Translations under genes and position numbers: made by a program
Shown: positions 28,946 to 39,858 of the stretch, piece by piece
Numbering within the stretch: position 1 is the stretch's first letter
Layout of the letters: the number at the start of each line of letters is the position of its first letter
Source of the DNA: an uncultured beta proteobacterium
Lineage (GTDB): Bacteria; Pseudomonadota; Gammaproteobacteria; Burkholderiales; Burkholderiaceae_C
Assembly: GCA_963783785.1 (NCBI GenBank)
Contig: CAWAOQ010000010.1
Coordinates: 139,316 to 203,315, forward strand
Direction of reading: 5' to 3'
Length of the DNA: 64,000 bases
Notes under the pieces: model-generated
What the model was told of the DNA's origin: nothing
The model's database searches: none
What the model saw: the letters and a program-made list of their open reading frames with translations, nothing else

Positions 28946-29495
28946 GGATCTCCGGCAGCGCCTTCTGCAGGTAATAGACCATCGACCAGATCGTCAGCAC
29001 AGCGGCGATCACGATCAGCCAGGTGCCCCACAGCCGCGTGTCGATGAGGCCGAACAGACGGCCATCGAACAGCAGGAACGGGATCGCCACCATCTGGACC
29101 ACGGTCTTGAGCTTGCCCAGCATGTGCACCGCGACGCTGCGGCTGGCACCGATCTGGGCCATCCATTCGCGCAGCGCCGAGATCGCGATCTCGCGGCCGA
29201 TGATGACGAAGGCGATCAGCGCGTTGACGCGGTCGAGTTGCAGCAGGATCAGCAGCGCTGCGCAGATCAGGAACTTGTCGGCCACCGGGTCGAGAAAGGC
29301 ACCGAACGCCGAGGTCTGGTTCAACTTGCGCGCCAGGTACCCGTCGGCCCAGTCGGTGATGGCCACGGCGATGAACAGCACCGTGGCGATCTGGTTGCGC
29401 AGAGCCGGTTCGAGCGGCAGATAGAACACCCCGACGACCAGCGGGATCGCGACAATGCGCGCCCAGGTCAGCAGCGTCGGCAGGTTGAAGAACAT
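28929..29495 (-). CDS. pgsA: CDP-diacylglycerol--glycerol-3-phosphate 3-phosphatidyltransferase
   Basis: Internal ATG 29495 of ORF 28929..29720. Sequence MFFNLPTLLTWARIVAIPL...DWADGYLARKLNQTSAFGAFLDPVADK carries the CDP-alcohol phosphatidyltransferase motif. Downstream of uvrC, as in E. coli. Confidence 0.92.
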   Translation of the reverse strand: MFFNLPTLLTWARIVAIPLVVGVFYLPLEPALRNQIATVLFIAVAITDWADGYLARKLNQTSAFGAFLDPVADKFLICAALLILLQLDRVNALIAFVIIGREIAISALREWMAQIGASRSVAVHMLGKLKTVVQMVAIPFLLFDGRLFGLIDTRLWGTWLIVIAAVLTIWSMVYYLQKALPEIRAKAR

Positions 29496-29544
29496 GCGCC
29501 GATCGTAGCCGGTCCGGCCGTCGAGAGGCTGACGAACGCGACCG

Positions 29545-29934
29545 TCAGTCCAGAACGCGCGGCTTGAACCGCCGGTCATCGCGGAACAGGAACACCTCGC
29601 TGAACGTCCAGGGCCGTGGCAGGTGCGACACATCGCCGAACGGAGCGGCGCGATTGACCGCATCGATGGCCAGTTGCACCGTGTCGGTCGCCTGGCTCGG
29701 CTGGCGCTGCACCGTGACACGGTGCACGCTGCCGTCGGCGTTGAGCTCGATCTCCAGCACGGGGATCGCCAGCAAGGGCTCCGGCACTTCGCCGGTGTAG
29801 GTTCCTGTCGGGTTGGCAGCGACCATCCGGCGCCCGGCCATCAGCTTGTAGTCGTCCCAGTCGCGAGCGCGTGCCGTGGGCTGCGGCGGCTCGAACACGC
29901 CGGCAAGCGAGCGAACACGGTCAATGAAGCGCAC
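29545..29934 (-). CDS. hypothetical protein, possible TonB-C-terminal-like fold
   Basis: Part of ORF 29545..30102. The GTG at 29934 overlaps the uvrC stop. The C-terminal pattern [46 protein letters not shown] resembles TonB_C. No signal peptide is seen and the start is uncertain (ATG 29841 is an alternative). Confidence 0.45.
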   Translation of the reverse strand: MRFIDRVRSLAGVFEPPQPTARARDWDDYKLMAGRRMVAANPTGTYTGEVPEPLLAIPVLEIELNADGSVHRVTVQRQPSQATDTVQLAIDAVNRAAPFGDVSHLPRPWTFSEVFLFRDDRRFKPRVLD

Positions 29935-31867
29935 GGTAGATCTCCTCAGCCAGGGGTTTGGAGATCCCGTCGACACTGGCCAGGTCGTCGACACTCGCAT
30001 TGGCCACGCCCCGCACGCCGCCGAAGTGCTGCAGCAGACGAGCGCGCTTCTTCGGGCCGACGCCCGCAATCTCTTCGAGTTTGCTGGCCCCGGTGCGCAC
30101 ACTGGCGCGCCGGGCGCGCATGCCGGTGATCGCGAAGCGGTGGGCCTCGTCGCGGATCTGCGCCACCAGCATCAGCGCTGCCGAGTCGTGGCCGAGGTGG
30201 ATCTTGGCACGGCCATCGGCAAACACCAGTTCCTCGAGGCCGACCTTGCGGCCCTCGCCCTTCTCGACACCCGCGATCAGCGACAGGTCCAGCCCGAGTT
30301 CGCCGAACACTTCGCGGGCCATCGCCACCTGGCCGCGACCGCCATCGACCAGCACCAGGTCCGGCAGCCGCACCTGCGGCCCGGCCTCGCCCGATGCCAG
30401 CGCTTCAGCCAGCTTGGCGTAGCGACGCGTCAGCACCTGTCGCATCGCCGCGTAGTCGTCGCCGCCGGTGATGCCGTCGATGTTGTAGCGACGGTACTGC
30501 GCGCTCTGCATCTGATGGTTCTCGTAGACCACGCAGCTGGCCTGCGTCGCCTCGCCGGCCGTGTGGCTGATGTCGAAACACTCGATTCGCAAGGTGTCGA
30601 GGTCGGCCACGTCCAAGCCGAGCGCCTCGACCAGTGCACGCGTGCGCTCTCGCTGCGAACCCTCTTCGGCCAACAGGCGCGCCAGCGCGATCTTCGCGCC
30701 ATTGATCGCCATTTCGAGCCACACCCGGCGCTGTTCGCGCGGCTGGTGCTGCGCCGTCACCCTGACGCCGCTGTGCTCGGCCAGCGCGGCCAGCAGGGCC
30801 GGGTCGACCGGATGGCTGACCAGCAGCTCCGGTGGCACGAAGCCGTCCAGGTAATGCTGCGCGATGAAGGCTTCGAGCACCTGCACCTCGGGCGACGTGC
30901 CCTCGGCCAGCGCGGCGGCGTCTTCGACGTGGGTCGGGAAATACGCGCGGTCGCCGAGGTGACGGCCGCCGCGCACCATCGCCAGGTTGACGCAGGCGCG
31001 ACCACCCTGCACCTTGACGGCCAGCACGTCGACGTCCTTGTCGATCGCGCCCAGGCTGCTGGCGTCCACCGCCTGTTGATGCAGCACGCGCGCCAGCGAC
31101 TCGATCTGGTTGCGCAGCTCGGCCGCCTGCTCGTACCGGAGCCCCTCGGCGTGGGCCATCATGCGGTGCTGCAAGTCGTCGAGGACGGCCTGGGTGTCGC
31201 CACGCAGGAAGCGCTCGGCATCGGCGACGTCGCGTGCGTAGTCGGCCGGCGACACCAGCCCGACGCAGGGGCCCGAGCAGCGGCGAATCTGGTACAGCAG
31301 ACAGGGCCGCGACCGGTTGGAGAACACCGTGTCCTCGCAGGTGCGCAGGCGGAACACCTTCTGGATCAGCTGGATCGTTTCCTTGACCGCCCAGGCGCTC
31401 GGATAGGGACCGAAATAGCGATGCTTCTTGTCGACCCCGCCGCGGTAGTAGGCGACGCGCGGATAGTGGGGCGCGGACGAGGCCCCTGCCCCGCCGTTCG
31501 ACCGCGCACCGGTGATCTTCAGGTACGGGTAGCTCTTGTCGTCGCGAAAGAGGATGTTGAAGCGCGGGTTCAGCGCCTTGATCAGGTTGTTCTCGAGCAG
31601 CAGCGCCTCGGCCTCGCTGCGCACCACGGTCGTCTCCAGGCGTGCGATGCGGTCGACCATCAGGCCGATCCGCGTGCCGCGGTGGTCCTTCTGGAAGTAG
31701 CTCGCGACGCGCTTCTTCAGGTTGCGCGCCTTGCCGACGTAGAGCACCGCACCCGCCGCATCGAAGTAGCGGTAGACGCCCGGCCGCTGCGGCAGCGCAG
31801 CCACCTCCGCCAGCAAACGCTCGCGCTGGGCGGACAGGTCGGTGCTGGCCACGGTGGCATCGCTCAT
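29921..31867 (-). CDS. uvrC: excinuclease ABC subunit C
   Basis: 648-aa ORF with a GIY-YIG N-terminus ([26 protein letters not shown]), UVR domain, endonuclease V-like domain and a C-terminal (HhH)2 ([19 protein letters not shown]). Confidence 0.96.
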   Translation of the reverse strand: MSDATVASTDLSAQRERLLAEVAALPQRPGVYRYFDAAGAVLYVGKARNLKKRVASYFQKDHRGTRIGLMVDRIARLETTVVRSEAEALLLENNLIKALNPRFNILFRDDKSYPYLKITGARSNGGAGASSAPHYPRVAYYRGGVDKKHRYFGPYPSAWAVKETIQLIQKVFRLRTCEDTVFSNRSRPCLLYQIRRCSGPCVGLVSPADYARDVADAERFLRGDTQAVLDDLQHRMMAHAEGLRYEQAAELRNQIESLARVLHQQAVDASSLGAIDKDVDVLAVKVQGGRACVNLAMVRGGRHLGDRAYFPTHVEDAAALAEGTSPEVQVLEAFIAQHYLDGFVPPELLVSHPVDPALLAALAEHSGVRVTAQHQPREQRRVWLEMAINGAKIALARLLAEEGSQRERTRALVEALGLDVADLDTLRIECFDISHTAGEATQASCVVYENHQMQSAQYRRYNIDGITGGDDYAAMRQVLTRRYAKLAEALASGEAGPQVRLPDLVLVDGGRGQVAMAREVFGELGLDLSLIAGVEKGEGRKVGLEELVFADGRAKIHLGHDSAALMLVAQIRDEAHRFAITGMRARRASVRTGASKLEEIAGVGPKKRARLLQHFGGVRGVANASVDDLASVDGISKPLAEEIYRALH

Positions 31868-31899
31868 CGGGCTCGATTATCCGTGCCGATAATCGGCCG

Positions 31900-32961
31900 A
31901 TGCGCTGGGACATCTTCTGCCAGGTGATCGACAACCATGGCGACCTCGGGGTCTGTTGGCGCCTCGCCGCCGACCTCGCCTCGCGCGGCGAAGTCGTGCG
32001 GCTGTGGGTCGACGATGCGCGGGCGCTGGCCTGGATGGCGCCCCATGGCGCCAGCGGCGTCAGCGTGATCCGTTGGCTCGACCCGCTGCCGCCGCTCGCA
32101 CCGGGCGACGTCGTGATCGAGGCCTTCGGCTGCAACCCGCCAGCGGCATTCGTCGCCCGCATGGCGGCGTCCACGCCACCACCGCTGTGGCTCGACCTCG
32201 AATACCTCAGCGCCGAGGCCTATGTCGACCGCAGCCACGGCCTGCCCTCGCCGCAGCAGCATGGCGCCGGCGCCGGGCTGACGAAATGGTTCTTCTACCC
32301 CGGCTTCACGGCCGCCAGCGGTGGCCTGCTGCGCGAGTCCGATGCGCTCGACGCCCCGGATGCGGTCGCCTGCACCGCTTGGCTGGCCGAGCGTGGCGTG
32401 GCGGTGCGCGCCGGCGAACGCCGGGTCAGCCTGTTTGCCTATGCCGATGCACCGCTCGAGGCGCTGTTCGATCGCCTGGACGGCGAGCCGACCCTGGTGT
32501 TGCTGGCCGCCGGCGCGGCCCAGGCGCCGGCGCTGCGCTGCTTCGATCGGCAGGGCCGGCGCGGCCAGCACCTGCGGGCCCACGCGCTGCCGTGGCTCGA
32601 CCAACCCGGCTACGACCGGTTGCTGCGCGCCTGCGACCTCAATTTCGCCCGCGGCGAGGACTCGATCGTGCGCGCGATGTGGGCCGGCGCACCGTTCGTG
32701 TGGCAGATCTACCCGCAACGGGACGGCGCACACGCCGGCAAGCTGGAGGCCCTGCTGGCCCGCCTGACCGACGGCTGCGAGCCGTCGCTGGCGGCGGCCG
32801 TGCGCCAACTCTGGCGAGCCTGGAACGGCCTGGCAGACTGGCCTGACGCGCTGCCGGAGGTGGCCGGCTGGCGCGCCCTGTGCAAGGCCTGGCGCGATCG
32901 CCTGGCCGCACAGATGGACCTCACCAGCCAGCTGCTGCGCTTCGTGGCGGCGAAACGGTAG
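31900..32961 (+). CDS. earP: EF-P arginine-32 rhamnosyltransferase EarP
   Basis: Internal ATG of ORF 31642..32961: [30 protein letters not shown] (DUF2331/EarP signature). Immediately upstream of an EF-P with Arg32. Confidence 0.85.
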   Translation: MRWDIFCQVIDNHGDLGVCWRLAADLASRGEVVRLWVDDARALAWMAPHGASGVSVIRWLDPLPPLAPGDVVIEAFGCNPPAAFVARMAASTPPPLWLDLEYLSAEAYVDRSHGLPSPQQHGAGAGLTKWFFYPGFTAASGGLLRESDALDAPDAVACTAWLAERGVAVRAGERRVSLFAYADAPLEALFDRLDGEPTLVLLAAGAAQAPALRCFDRQGRRGQHLRAHALPWLDQPGYDRLLRACDLNFARGEDSIVRAMWAGAPFVWQIYPQRDGAHAGKLEALLARLTDGCEPSLAAAVRQLWRAWNGLADWPDALPEVAGWRALCKAWRDRLAAQMDLTSQLLRFVAAKR

Positions 32962-33029
32962 AATTGCGGGCTTTGCGCACTGGGGTCGAACACCACGGGT
33001 GCGCCCCACAACTCAGACCGCAAGACACC

Positions 33030-33581
33030 ATGAAACTCGCTCAAGAAATCCGCGCCGGCAACGTCATCATGCAGGGCAAGGACCCGATGGTCGTGCTGAA
33101 GACCGAATACAGCCGCGGCGGCCGCAATTCGGCCACCGTCCGCATGAAGATGAAGAACCTGCTCAACGGCTCCGGCGCCGAAGTGGTCTTCAAGGCCGAC
33201 GACAAGATGGACCAGATCGTGCTGGACAAGAAGGAGTGCACCTACTCCTACTTCGCCGACCCGATGTATGCCTTCATGGATCACGAGTACAACCAGTTCG
33301 AGGTCGAGGCCGAGAACATGGGCGACGCGATCAACTACCTCGAGGACGGCATGCCCGTCGAAGTGGTGTTCTACGACGGCAAGGCGATCTCGGTCGAACT
33401 GCCGACCAGCGTGGTGCGCGAGGTCAGCACCGAGCCCGCCGTCAAGGGCGACACCTCGGGCAAGGTCATGAAGCCGGCCAAGATCGCCACCGGTTTCGAG
33501 ATCGCCGTGCCGCTGTTCGTCGAGAACGGCGACAAGATCGAGATCGACACCCGCACGCACGAGTACCGCAAGAGGGTGTGA
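33030..33581 (+). CDS. efp: elongation factor P (Arg32 type)
   Basis: Internal ATG of ORF 32880..33581. In [44 protein letters not shown], residue 32 is Arg in the loop SRGGRNSA. Confidence 0.95.
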   Translation: MKLAQEIRAGNVIMQGKDPMVVLKTEYSRGGRNSATVRMKMKNLLNGSGAEVVFKADDKMDQIVLDKKECTYSYFADPMYAFMDHEYNQFEVEAENMGDAINYLEDGMPVEVVFYDGKAISVELPTSVVREVSTEPAVKGDTSGKVMKPAKIATGFEIAVPLFVENGDKIEIDTRTHEYRKRV

Positions 33582-33603
33582 CACCTGCCGCAGACAGGAC
33601 AGC

Positions 33604-33628
33604 GGGCACCCGGTGGGTGCCCTTTTTT
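33604..33628 (+). terminator. intrinsic terminator after efp
   Basis: Stem GGGCACCC/GGGTGCCC with a 3-nt loop, followed by T6. Confidence 0.85.
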
Positions 33629-33651
33629 CTGCGCGTTGCATCATCCAGGGC

Positions 33652-34605
33652 ATGGCTTTCGACTTCGACGCCGCGGTGACGGCACCGTTTCGCATGCAGC
33701 CCGGCCTGCGCCGCATGGCGCCTGGCGCATCGCACCTGACGCCGATGCTGCCGGGTTCGCGCCACCAGCGCGAGAAGCTCGCGGTGCTGTGCGCCAACCC
33801 GGCGCAGGCGCTGCAGGCCGTCGCCGGGTTCGATGCGCAGCCCGCGCTGCACGCGCTGGCCGCCCATGCGGCGCACGAACACCCCGGAGACTTCGCGTGG
33901 GACGGTGAACGCGCCACCGCGCCGGCACTGGGTGTCGCGGTGCGCGGCGACCGCATCGAAGAGATCGCCGCCGGCCGCTTCGGACTGGGTGACGAGGTGG
34001 CGCGTTGCATTCGCGGGTTGCCTGAGGCGTGGCGCCTGGCCGGCCTGCTCAGCCTGGCCTTCATCGAGGACTTTGCGCTGGTCGATGGCCAGACGGGCAC
34101 GCTGCCGTGGCTGGCGGTGGCGCTGCCCTCGCACTGGGCGCCAGCGGACAAGATCGGCCGCCACTTCCGCGAGGTCCACGCCCCGGTGGCCGACAACGCG
34201 CTGCTGCTGCGCGCCGGCGACCACCTGATGCGCATGGTCAGCGGCCCCGAGCGATGGGAGCGCTTCGTCTGGAACGTCACCCGCCATCCCCGCCTCAATG
34301 CCCATCCGGCGGCGATCGATCACGCACCGTGGCCGGCCGATGCCTTCGCCGATGGCCAGGCGCTGCGGGCATGGTGGCGCACCGAGCACCAGACCTTCAT
34401 ACCGCTGCCGGACCGGGGCCAAGCGGTGTTCACGATCCATGTCGAGACCGCGCCGCTGGCCGTCGCGATCGACAGCCCCGCCAAAGCCGCTCGCCTGCAT
34501 GACGCCGTCGCCACGATGAGCGATGCGGTGCTGGCCTATCGCAGCCTCGCCAGCGTGCGCGCTGCGCTGCTGGCCTGGCTGGCGGCACGCGCGGCCGCAG
34601 CTTGA
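33652..34605 (+). CDS. DUF3445-like protein (family related to heme-dependent oxidative N-demethylases)
   Basis: Internal ATG of ORF 33613..34605: MAFDFDAAVTAPFRMQPGLRRM...EDFALVDGQTGTLPWLAVALPSHWAPADKIGRHFREVHAPVAD...RFVWNV. The family assignment is from memory of this motif pattern. Confidence 0.65.
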   Translation: MAFDFDAAVTAPFRMQPGLRRMAPGASHLTPMLPGSRHQREKLAVLCANPAQALQAVAGFDAQPALHALAAHAAHEHPGDFAWDGERATAPALGVAVRGDRIEEIAAGRFGLGDEVARCIRGLPEAWRLAGLLSLAFIEDFALVDGQTGTLPWLAVALPSHWAPADKIGRHFREVHAPVADNALLLRAGDHLMRMVSGPERWERFVWNVTRHPRLNAHPAAIDHAPWPADAFADGQALRAWWRTEHQTFIPLPDRGQAVFTIHVETAPLAVAIDSPAKAARLHDAVATMSDAVLAYRSLASVRAALLAWLAARAAAA

Positions 34606-34612
34606 AGGCCAC

Positions 34613-36530
34613 GTGAAGACCACGCCGATCGTCAGTGCCGCGGTCGACTTCGGCGACCCCGTCGCCATCCGCGCGCCGGCCTACGACGATGTCTACCACC
34701 CACGCCAGGGTGCCTTCGAGCAGGCGCGCCAGGTGTTCCTGGGCGGCAACGGGCTGCCCGAGCGCTGGCGGGGCCGCGCACGGTTCGCGATCCTCGAAAC
34801 CGGGTTCGGGCTGGGCAACAACTTCCTCGCCACCTGGGCCGCCTGGCGCGACGACCCGCTCCGCTGCGAGCGCCTGACTTTCGTCTCGATCGAAAAGCAT
34901 CCGCTGACCCCGGCCGATCTGGCGCGCGCCCATGCCGCGTCGCCGGCCCCCGCGCTGGCCCGGCAGTTGGTCGATGCGTGGCCGCCGTCAACCTGCAACC
35001 TGCACAGCCTCGAATTCGACGGCGGCCGTGTGCACCTGCTGCTGGCGTTCGGCGATGTGCAGGCCTGGGCACGCGCACTGGTGGCGCGCATCGACGCCTT
35101 CTACCTCGATGGCTTCGCACCGGCGCGCAACCCGGCGATGTGGGACCGCGGCGTGTTCTCGATGCTCGCTCGACTGGCCGCCCCCGGCGCCACTGCCGCC
35201 ACCTGGAGCGCGGCCCGCGCGGTGCGCGACGGCCTGCAAGGCGCCGGCTTCGTCGTGCATGCCGCGGTCGGCAGCGGCGGCAAGCGCGACATCACGCTGG
35301 CCCGCTATGCACCGCGCTTCGTCGCGCCGGCGCCGCCCGGCCGCGCGATGCCGGCCGAGCCGCCCAGCCACGCGCTGGTCGTCGGCGGCGGATTGGCGGG
35401 CGCGATGAGTGCCGCGGCACTCGCCCGCCAAGGCATCGCCTGCACCGTGATCGATCGCCACGCCGAGCCCGCTGCCGAGACCTCCGGCAACCCCGCCGGC
35501 CTCTTCCACGGTGCGGTGATGGGCCACGACGGCCCGCACGCGCGGCTGCACCGTGCGTCGGCGCTGCGGATGGCCTCGACCGCACGCGCTGCGCTGGCCC
35601 GCGGCGTGCCGGGCCGGGCCGACGGCCTGTTGCGCCTCGAGACGCAACTGGCGTGGCCGGCAATGCAGGCCCTGGTCGAGCGCCAGGGGCTGCCATCGGC
35701 CTACGTGCAGGCCCTTGACGCCGATGCCGCGTCGGCGCATGCCGGCACCCGCGTGCTGCATCCGGCCTGGTTCTACCCCGCTGGCGGTTGGATCGACCCG
35801 GCCGCGTTGGTGCGCGATGCGCTCGCCACGCCGGGCGTGGCCTGGCGCGGTGTGACGCCGGTGCAGCGCATCGCGCGCCACGGCAACGACTGGCAACTGT
35901 TCGATCGCGACAACCGCGCGATCGATGCCGCGCCGATGCTGGTGCTGGCCGCCGCCGCCGATGCGCTGCGCCTGGCTGCCTTGCCGCCGCAGTGGCTGAA
36001 GCGCCAGCGCGGCCAGGTCAGCTGGGCCGGCGATGGCGCCACGCCATGGCGGCCGCAGATGCCGGTCGCCAGCGGCGGCTACGTGCTGCCGATGGCCGAT
36101 GGCCGCCTGCTGTTCGGCGCCACCAGCCGTGACGACGACGACGATCCCGCCGTCCGCGTCGGTGACCACGCGGACAACCTTGCGCGTGTCGCGCAGTGGC
36201 TCGGCGACGCCTCGTTGCCCGATCCCGCCATGCTCGCCGGCCGCGTCGGCTGGCGCGCCGTCACGCCCGATCGTCTGCCGCTGGTCGGGCCGGTGCCGGC
36301 ATTCGATGCGCCGCGCCCGGCCCGCGCCGATGCACCACGCCTGCTGCCGCGCCAACCGGGACTGTGGCTGCACAGTGGCCTGGGCTCGCGCGGGCTGACC
36401 ACCGCGGCGCTCGGCGGAGAGCTGCTCGCCGCCTGGGCCAGCGGCACTGCCCTGGCCCGTCGAATCCGACCTGGTCGATGCCGTCGATCCGGCGCGCTGG
36501 CTGGTGCGCTACGGAGTTGCCCCGATGTGA
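34613..36530 (+). pseudogene. mnmC: bifunctional tRNA (mnm5s2U34) methyltransferase / FAD-dependent cmnm5s2U34 oxidoreductase MnmC, interrupted near the 3' end
   Basis: GTG 34613. N-terminal methyltransferase (FAILETGFGLGNNFL...DAFYLDGFAPARNP) and FAD domain (ALVVGGGLAGAMSAAALA). The true C-terminus PVESDLVDAVDPARWLVRYGVAPM-stop (36530) is one frame over. The junction is about 36454 (CTGGCCC). The track ORF 34523..37513 is a read-through artefact. Confidence 0.85.
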
Positions 36531-36593
36531 CGGGCGGCGCAGGCGGTCCAGACTGCCCGCTCCGGGCCTCGGCCCTCGCATACGGGAGATCGC

Positions 36594-37661
36594 ATGAAGC
36601 TGCTCACCAAGGCCCTTGCCGCTGTCATCGCCATGCTGGGGGCCACCGGCGCCACGCTGGCACAGGACAACAAGCTGCGCCTTCTCACCTGGGCCGACTA
36701 CGCACCCAAGGAGGTGGTCGATCAGTTCACCAAGGAAACCGGCATCGCGGTCGAGATCACGCTGTCGAACAACGAGGAGATGATCTCCAAGCTGCGCGCC
36801 ACCGGCGGCGCCGGCTTCGACCTGGCCCAGCCGTCGCAGGACCGCATTACCGGGCCGCAGCAGGAATTCGGCATCTACAAGCCGATGGACCTGACGAAGC
36901 TGAAGACCGAGCTGTTCATCGCGTCGATGCTCGACGCGACGAAGAAGAACACCACGCTGGCGGGCAAGGTGTACGGCTTGCCGCACATCTGGGGCACCGA
37001 TGGCCTCGTCGTCAACACCAAGCTGGCCAAGATGGCCGACTACCCCGACCTGTGCAAGCCCGAGTACAAGGGCAAGACCGCCGTGCGGCTGAAGCGCCCG
37101 ACGCTGCTGGCGTTCGCGTTCGCTGCCGGCAAGGACCCGTTCGCGCTGTACGGCGACCCCAAGGCCTACGCCGCGCTGATGGACGAGACCGGCAAGACGC
37201 TCGCCGCCTGCAAGGCCAACCTGAAGTTCTTCTGGGACAACAAGGACCAGTTGCTCAACGGCATGCGCTCGGGCGAAATCGTCGGCGCGATGATGTGGGA
37301 CACCGGCGGCTGGAAGCTCAACGCCGACAGCGCCGACATCCAGTACATCGCCCCGAAGGCCGGCGCCATGGGCTGGATCGACACCTTCGCGATTCCTGCC
37401 AAGGGCCGCAACGACGCTGCCGCGTATGCCTGGATCAACTTCAACATGCGCCCGGAAATCGCCGCCAAGGTGGCGACCTCGGCCGGCAACTTCACCGCCT
37501 CCAAAGGCGCTGACCAGTTGATGGACGCCAAGCTGAAGTCGCAATTCGCCGCCAGTTTCCCCGAAGCGGCGTTGAAGAACATCAAGTGGTACCCGGCGGT
37601 GCCCGCCGGCATCGAGGAAATCGAAGGCCGCGTGCTGGATCGCGTGAAGGCGGCGAATTGA
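36594..37661 (+). CDS. ABC transporter periplasmic substrate-binding protein (polyamine PotD/PotF-like)
   Basis: 355-aa ORF with a signal peptide (MKLLTKALAAVIAMLGATGATLA) and LRLLTWADYAPKEVVDQFTKETGI... This is the first gene of a four-gene ABC operon. Confidence 0.85.
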   Translation: MKLLTKALAAVIAMLGATGATLAQDNKLRLLTWADYAPKEVVDQFTKETGIAVEITLSNNEEMISKLRATGGAGFDLAQPSQDRITGPQQEFGIYKPMDLTKLKTELFIASMLDATKKNTTLAGKVYGLPHIWGTDGLVVNTKLAKMADYPDLCKPEYKGKTAVRLKRPTLLAFAFAAGKDPFALYGDPKAYAALMDETGKTLAACKANLKFFWDNKDQLLNGMRSGEIVGAMMWDTGGWKLNADSADIQYIAPKAGAMGWIDTFAIPAKGRNDAAAYAWINFNMRPEIAAKVATSAGNFTASKGADQLMDAKLKSQFAASFPEAALKNIKWYPAVPAGIEEIEGRVLDRVKAAN

Positions 37662-37700
37662 CGGCCCCAAGTTCACGGCGTTCGCTGTCCCCACGGCGCG

Positions 37701-37736
37701 CTCAACCGGCTTGGCAGCGCAACCGCGCCGGTTGAG
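37701..37736 (+). promoter_or_regulatory. intercistronic stem-loop between the binding-protein and ATPase genes
   Basis: 10-bp stem CTCAACCGGC/GCCGGTTGAG with a 16-nt loop, ending 1 nt before the GTG start of the ATPase gene. There is no T-tract. Confidence 0.4.
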
Positions 37737-38831
37737 GTGACGTCAGACCTCCAGGTCGATCGCGTCGTCAAGCGCTTCGGCGACCACACGGCCGTCGAAG
37801 CGTTGTCGTTCGAGGTCGCGCGCGGCAGCTTCTTCTCGATCCTCGGCCCGTCGGGCTGCGGCAAGACCACGCTGCTGCGCATGATCGCCGGCTTCTCGGC
37901 GCCCGACGCGGGCGACATCCTGATCGGCGGCCGCTCGATGCGGGGCGTGGCGCCGAACCGGCGGCCGGTGAACATGGTGTTCCAGCACCTGGCCCTGTTC
38001 CCGATGATGTCGGTCGGCGAGAACGTGGCCTACGGCCTGACCCAGCGCGGCGTGGCCCGGGTCGAGATCAGTCGTCGCGTCGGCGAGATGCTCGAACGCG
38101 TCGGCCTGGCCGGCGCCGAGGCCAAGCGCGTCGACCAGCTGTCGGGCGGCCAACGCCAGCGCGTGGCGATCGCGCGCAGCCTGGTGCTCGAACCCACGCT
38201 GCTGTTGCTCGACGAACCGCTCGGCGCGTTGGACCTGAAGCTGCGCGAACACATGAAGATCGAACTGAAGCAGTTGCAGGCCGCTTTCGGCACGACCTTC
38301 GTCTACATCACGCACGACCAGTCGGAGGCACTGGTCCTGTCCGACCATGTGGCGGTCATGAACCGCGGCCGCTTCGAGCAGGTCGGCACGCCGCAGTCGC
38401 TGTACTACGAGCCGCAGACACCGTTCGTGGCCGGTTTCGTCGGCGCCAACAACCGCTTTGCCGGCCGCGCGACCGCCGTGCACGGCGATCGCGTCACGCT
38501 GACCAGCGACGCCGGCCTGGTGCTGCAGGCCCGTGCGCAGGGCCGTCTGGCCGCTGGCGATGCGGTCGAAGCCTTCGTGCGGCCCGAGGTTGCCTGCCTG
38601 GCACGCGGCGCCGCCGAGTTGCCCGCCGACCAGCCCCGCTACGACGCCAGCGTCGAGAGCCTGCTCTTCGACGGCGCCAGCTCGGCGGTGCTGCTGCGCG
38701 AATCGTCGAGCCGCACCGAAATCCGCGTGACCTTGCCGCAGACCGGCCGCTTCGCCGATCTGCGTGTCGGCGAGCCGGTGGCATTCGGCTTCGACCCGCA
38801 ACGCGCGGTGTGCTTCGCGGCGCCACCATGA
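37737..38831 (+). CDS. ABC transporter ATP-binding protein (PotA-like)
   Basis: 364-aa ORF with Walker A GPSGCGKTT, signature LSGGQRQRVAIARS, Walker B LLLLDEP and a C-terminal TOBE-like domain. Confidence 0.92.
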   Translation: MTSDLQVDRVVKRFGDHTAVEALSFEVARGSFFSILGPSGCGKTTLLRMIAGFSAPDAGDILIGGRSMRGVAPNRRPVNMVFQHLALFPMMSVGENVAYGLTQRGVARVEISRRVGEMLERVGLAGAEAKRVDQLSGGQRQRVAIARSLVLEPTLLLLDEPLGALDLKLREHMKIELKQLQAAFGTTFVYITHDQSEALVLSDHVAVMNRGRFEQVGTPQSLYYEPQTPFVAGFVGANNRFAGRATAVHGDRVTLTSDAGLVLQARAQGRLAAGDAVEAFVRPEVACLARGAAELPADQPRYDASVESLLFDGASSAVLLRESSSRTEIRVTLPQTGRFADLRVGEPVAFGFDPQRAVCFAAPP

Positions 38832-39712
38832 CGCCCGACACGCGCCGCGCTGCGCTGCAGGCGCGCCTGCTGCTGTTGCTGATGCTCGCACCGGCGCTGC
38901 TGTGGCTGGTGGGCCTGATCGTGTTGCCGCACGTCGAGTTGGCGCTGCTGTCGCTGCGCTCGCGCGTCGCCCCGCGGGTCTACGAGTTCAGCCTGCGCCA
39001 GTACGGCACCTTCTTCGAGGAGCCGCTGTACTGGCACACCTTCGTGCGCACCGCGGTGATGTCGGTCGTGGCCACCGCGTGCACGCTGCTGCTGGCGTTT
39101 CCGATCGCCTGGACCATCGCCAAGCTGGTGCGGGGTCGGCCGCGCTCGCTGCTGTTCATGGTCTGCATGATCCCGTTCTGGGTCAGTGAAACGGTGCGCA
39201 CGCTGGGTTGGACGATCCTGCTGCGCGAGTCGGGCGTGTTGCCGACCCTGCTGGTCGGGGCTGGGCTGGCGCCAGCGCCGCCCGAGCTGCTCTACCACGA
39301 CGCCACCATCCTCGTCGGCCTGGTCTACACCTCCCTGCTGTTCATGGTCGTGCCATTGATCGGCGCCCTCGAGTCGCTCGACGATTCGCTGATCGAGGCC
39401 GCGTACAACCTCGGCGGCAGCGGGCCGTCGATCCTTTGGCGCATCGTCATTCCGCACGCGGCGCCGGGCATCGTCGCCGGCTGCATCGTGGTGTTCATGC
39501 TCACGCTGGGCAACTACCTCACACCCACGTTGCTCGGCGGCAAGAACTCGCTGTGGTTCACCGAACAGATCTACACGCAGTTCATCACCCGCTTCAACTG
39601 GGAACAGGGTGCGGCGTTCGGTTTCCTGCTGCTGATCCTGTCGACGCTGATCGTGTGGTTGGGACTCCGGCTCAGCGGACAACGTTTCGGCGACGTGATG
39701 AGGCGCACATGA
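38828..39712 (+). CDS. ABC transporter permease (PotB-like)
   Basis: The ATG overlaps the ATPase stop (ATGA). Six TM segments and the EAA loop LDDSLIEAAYNLGGSGPSILWRIVIP. Confidence 0.9.
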   Translation: MTPDTRRAALQARLLLLLMLAPALLWLVGLIVLPHVELALLSLRSRVAPRVYEFSLRQYGTFFEEPLYWHTFVRTAVMSVVATACTLLLAFPIAWTIAKLVRGRPRSLLFMVCMIPFWVSETVRTLGWTILLRESGVLPTLLVGAGLAPAPPELLYHDATILVGLVYTSLLFMVVPLIGALESLDDSLIEAAYNLGGSGPSILWRIVIPHAAPGIVAGCIVVFMLTLGNYLTPTLLGGKNSLWFTEQIYTQFITRFNWEQGAAFGFLLLILSTLIVWLGLRLSGQRFGDVMRRT

Positions 39713-39858
39713 GCGTGCCGACGAGACCCTTCCCGGTCTGGATGCCGCTTCGCGGCCCGTTGCGGCAGTCTGCGTGTGTCCGCCTCTGTGCGTGCCTGCA
39801 TCGGCGCGAGCAAGGCGGCGGGTGGCGTTCGAGGTCGCGCACGCCACCCCTGGTTCTG

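Noticed and set aside
34523-37513. 996-aa ORF that looks like a giant MnmC fusion protein.
   Set aside because: Only the first roughly 615 aa are MnmC. After the frame disruption near 36454 the frame runs out of register over the real potD-like gene (36594..37661), which is in another frame with its own signal peptide.
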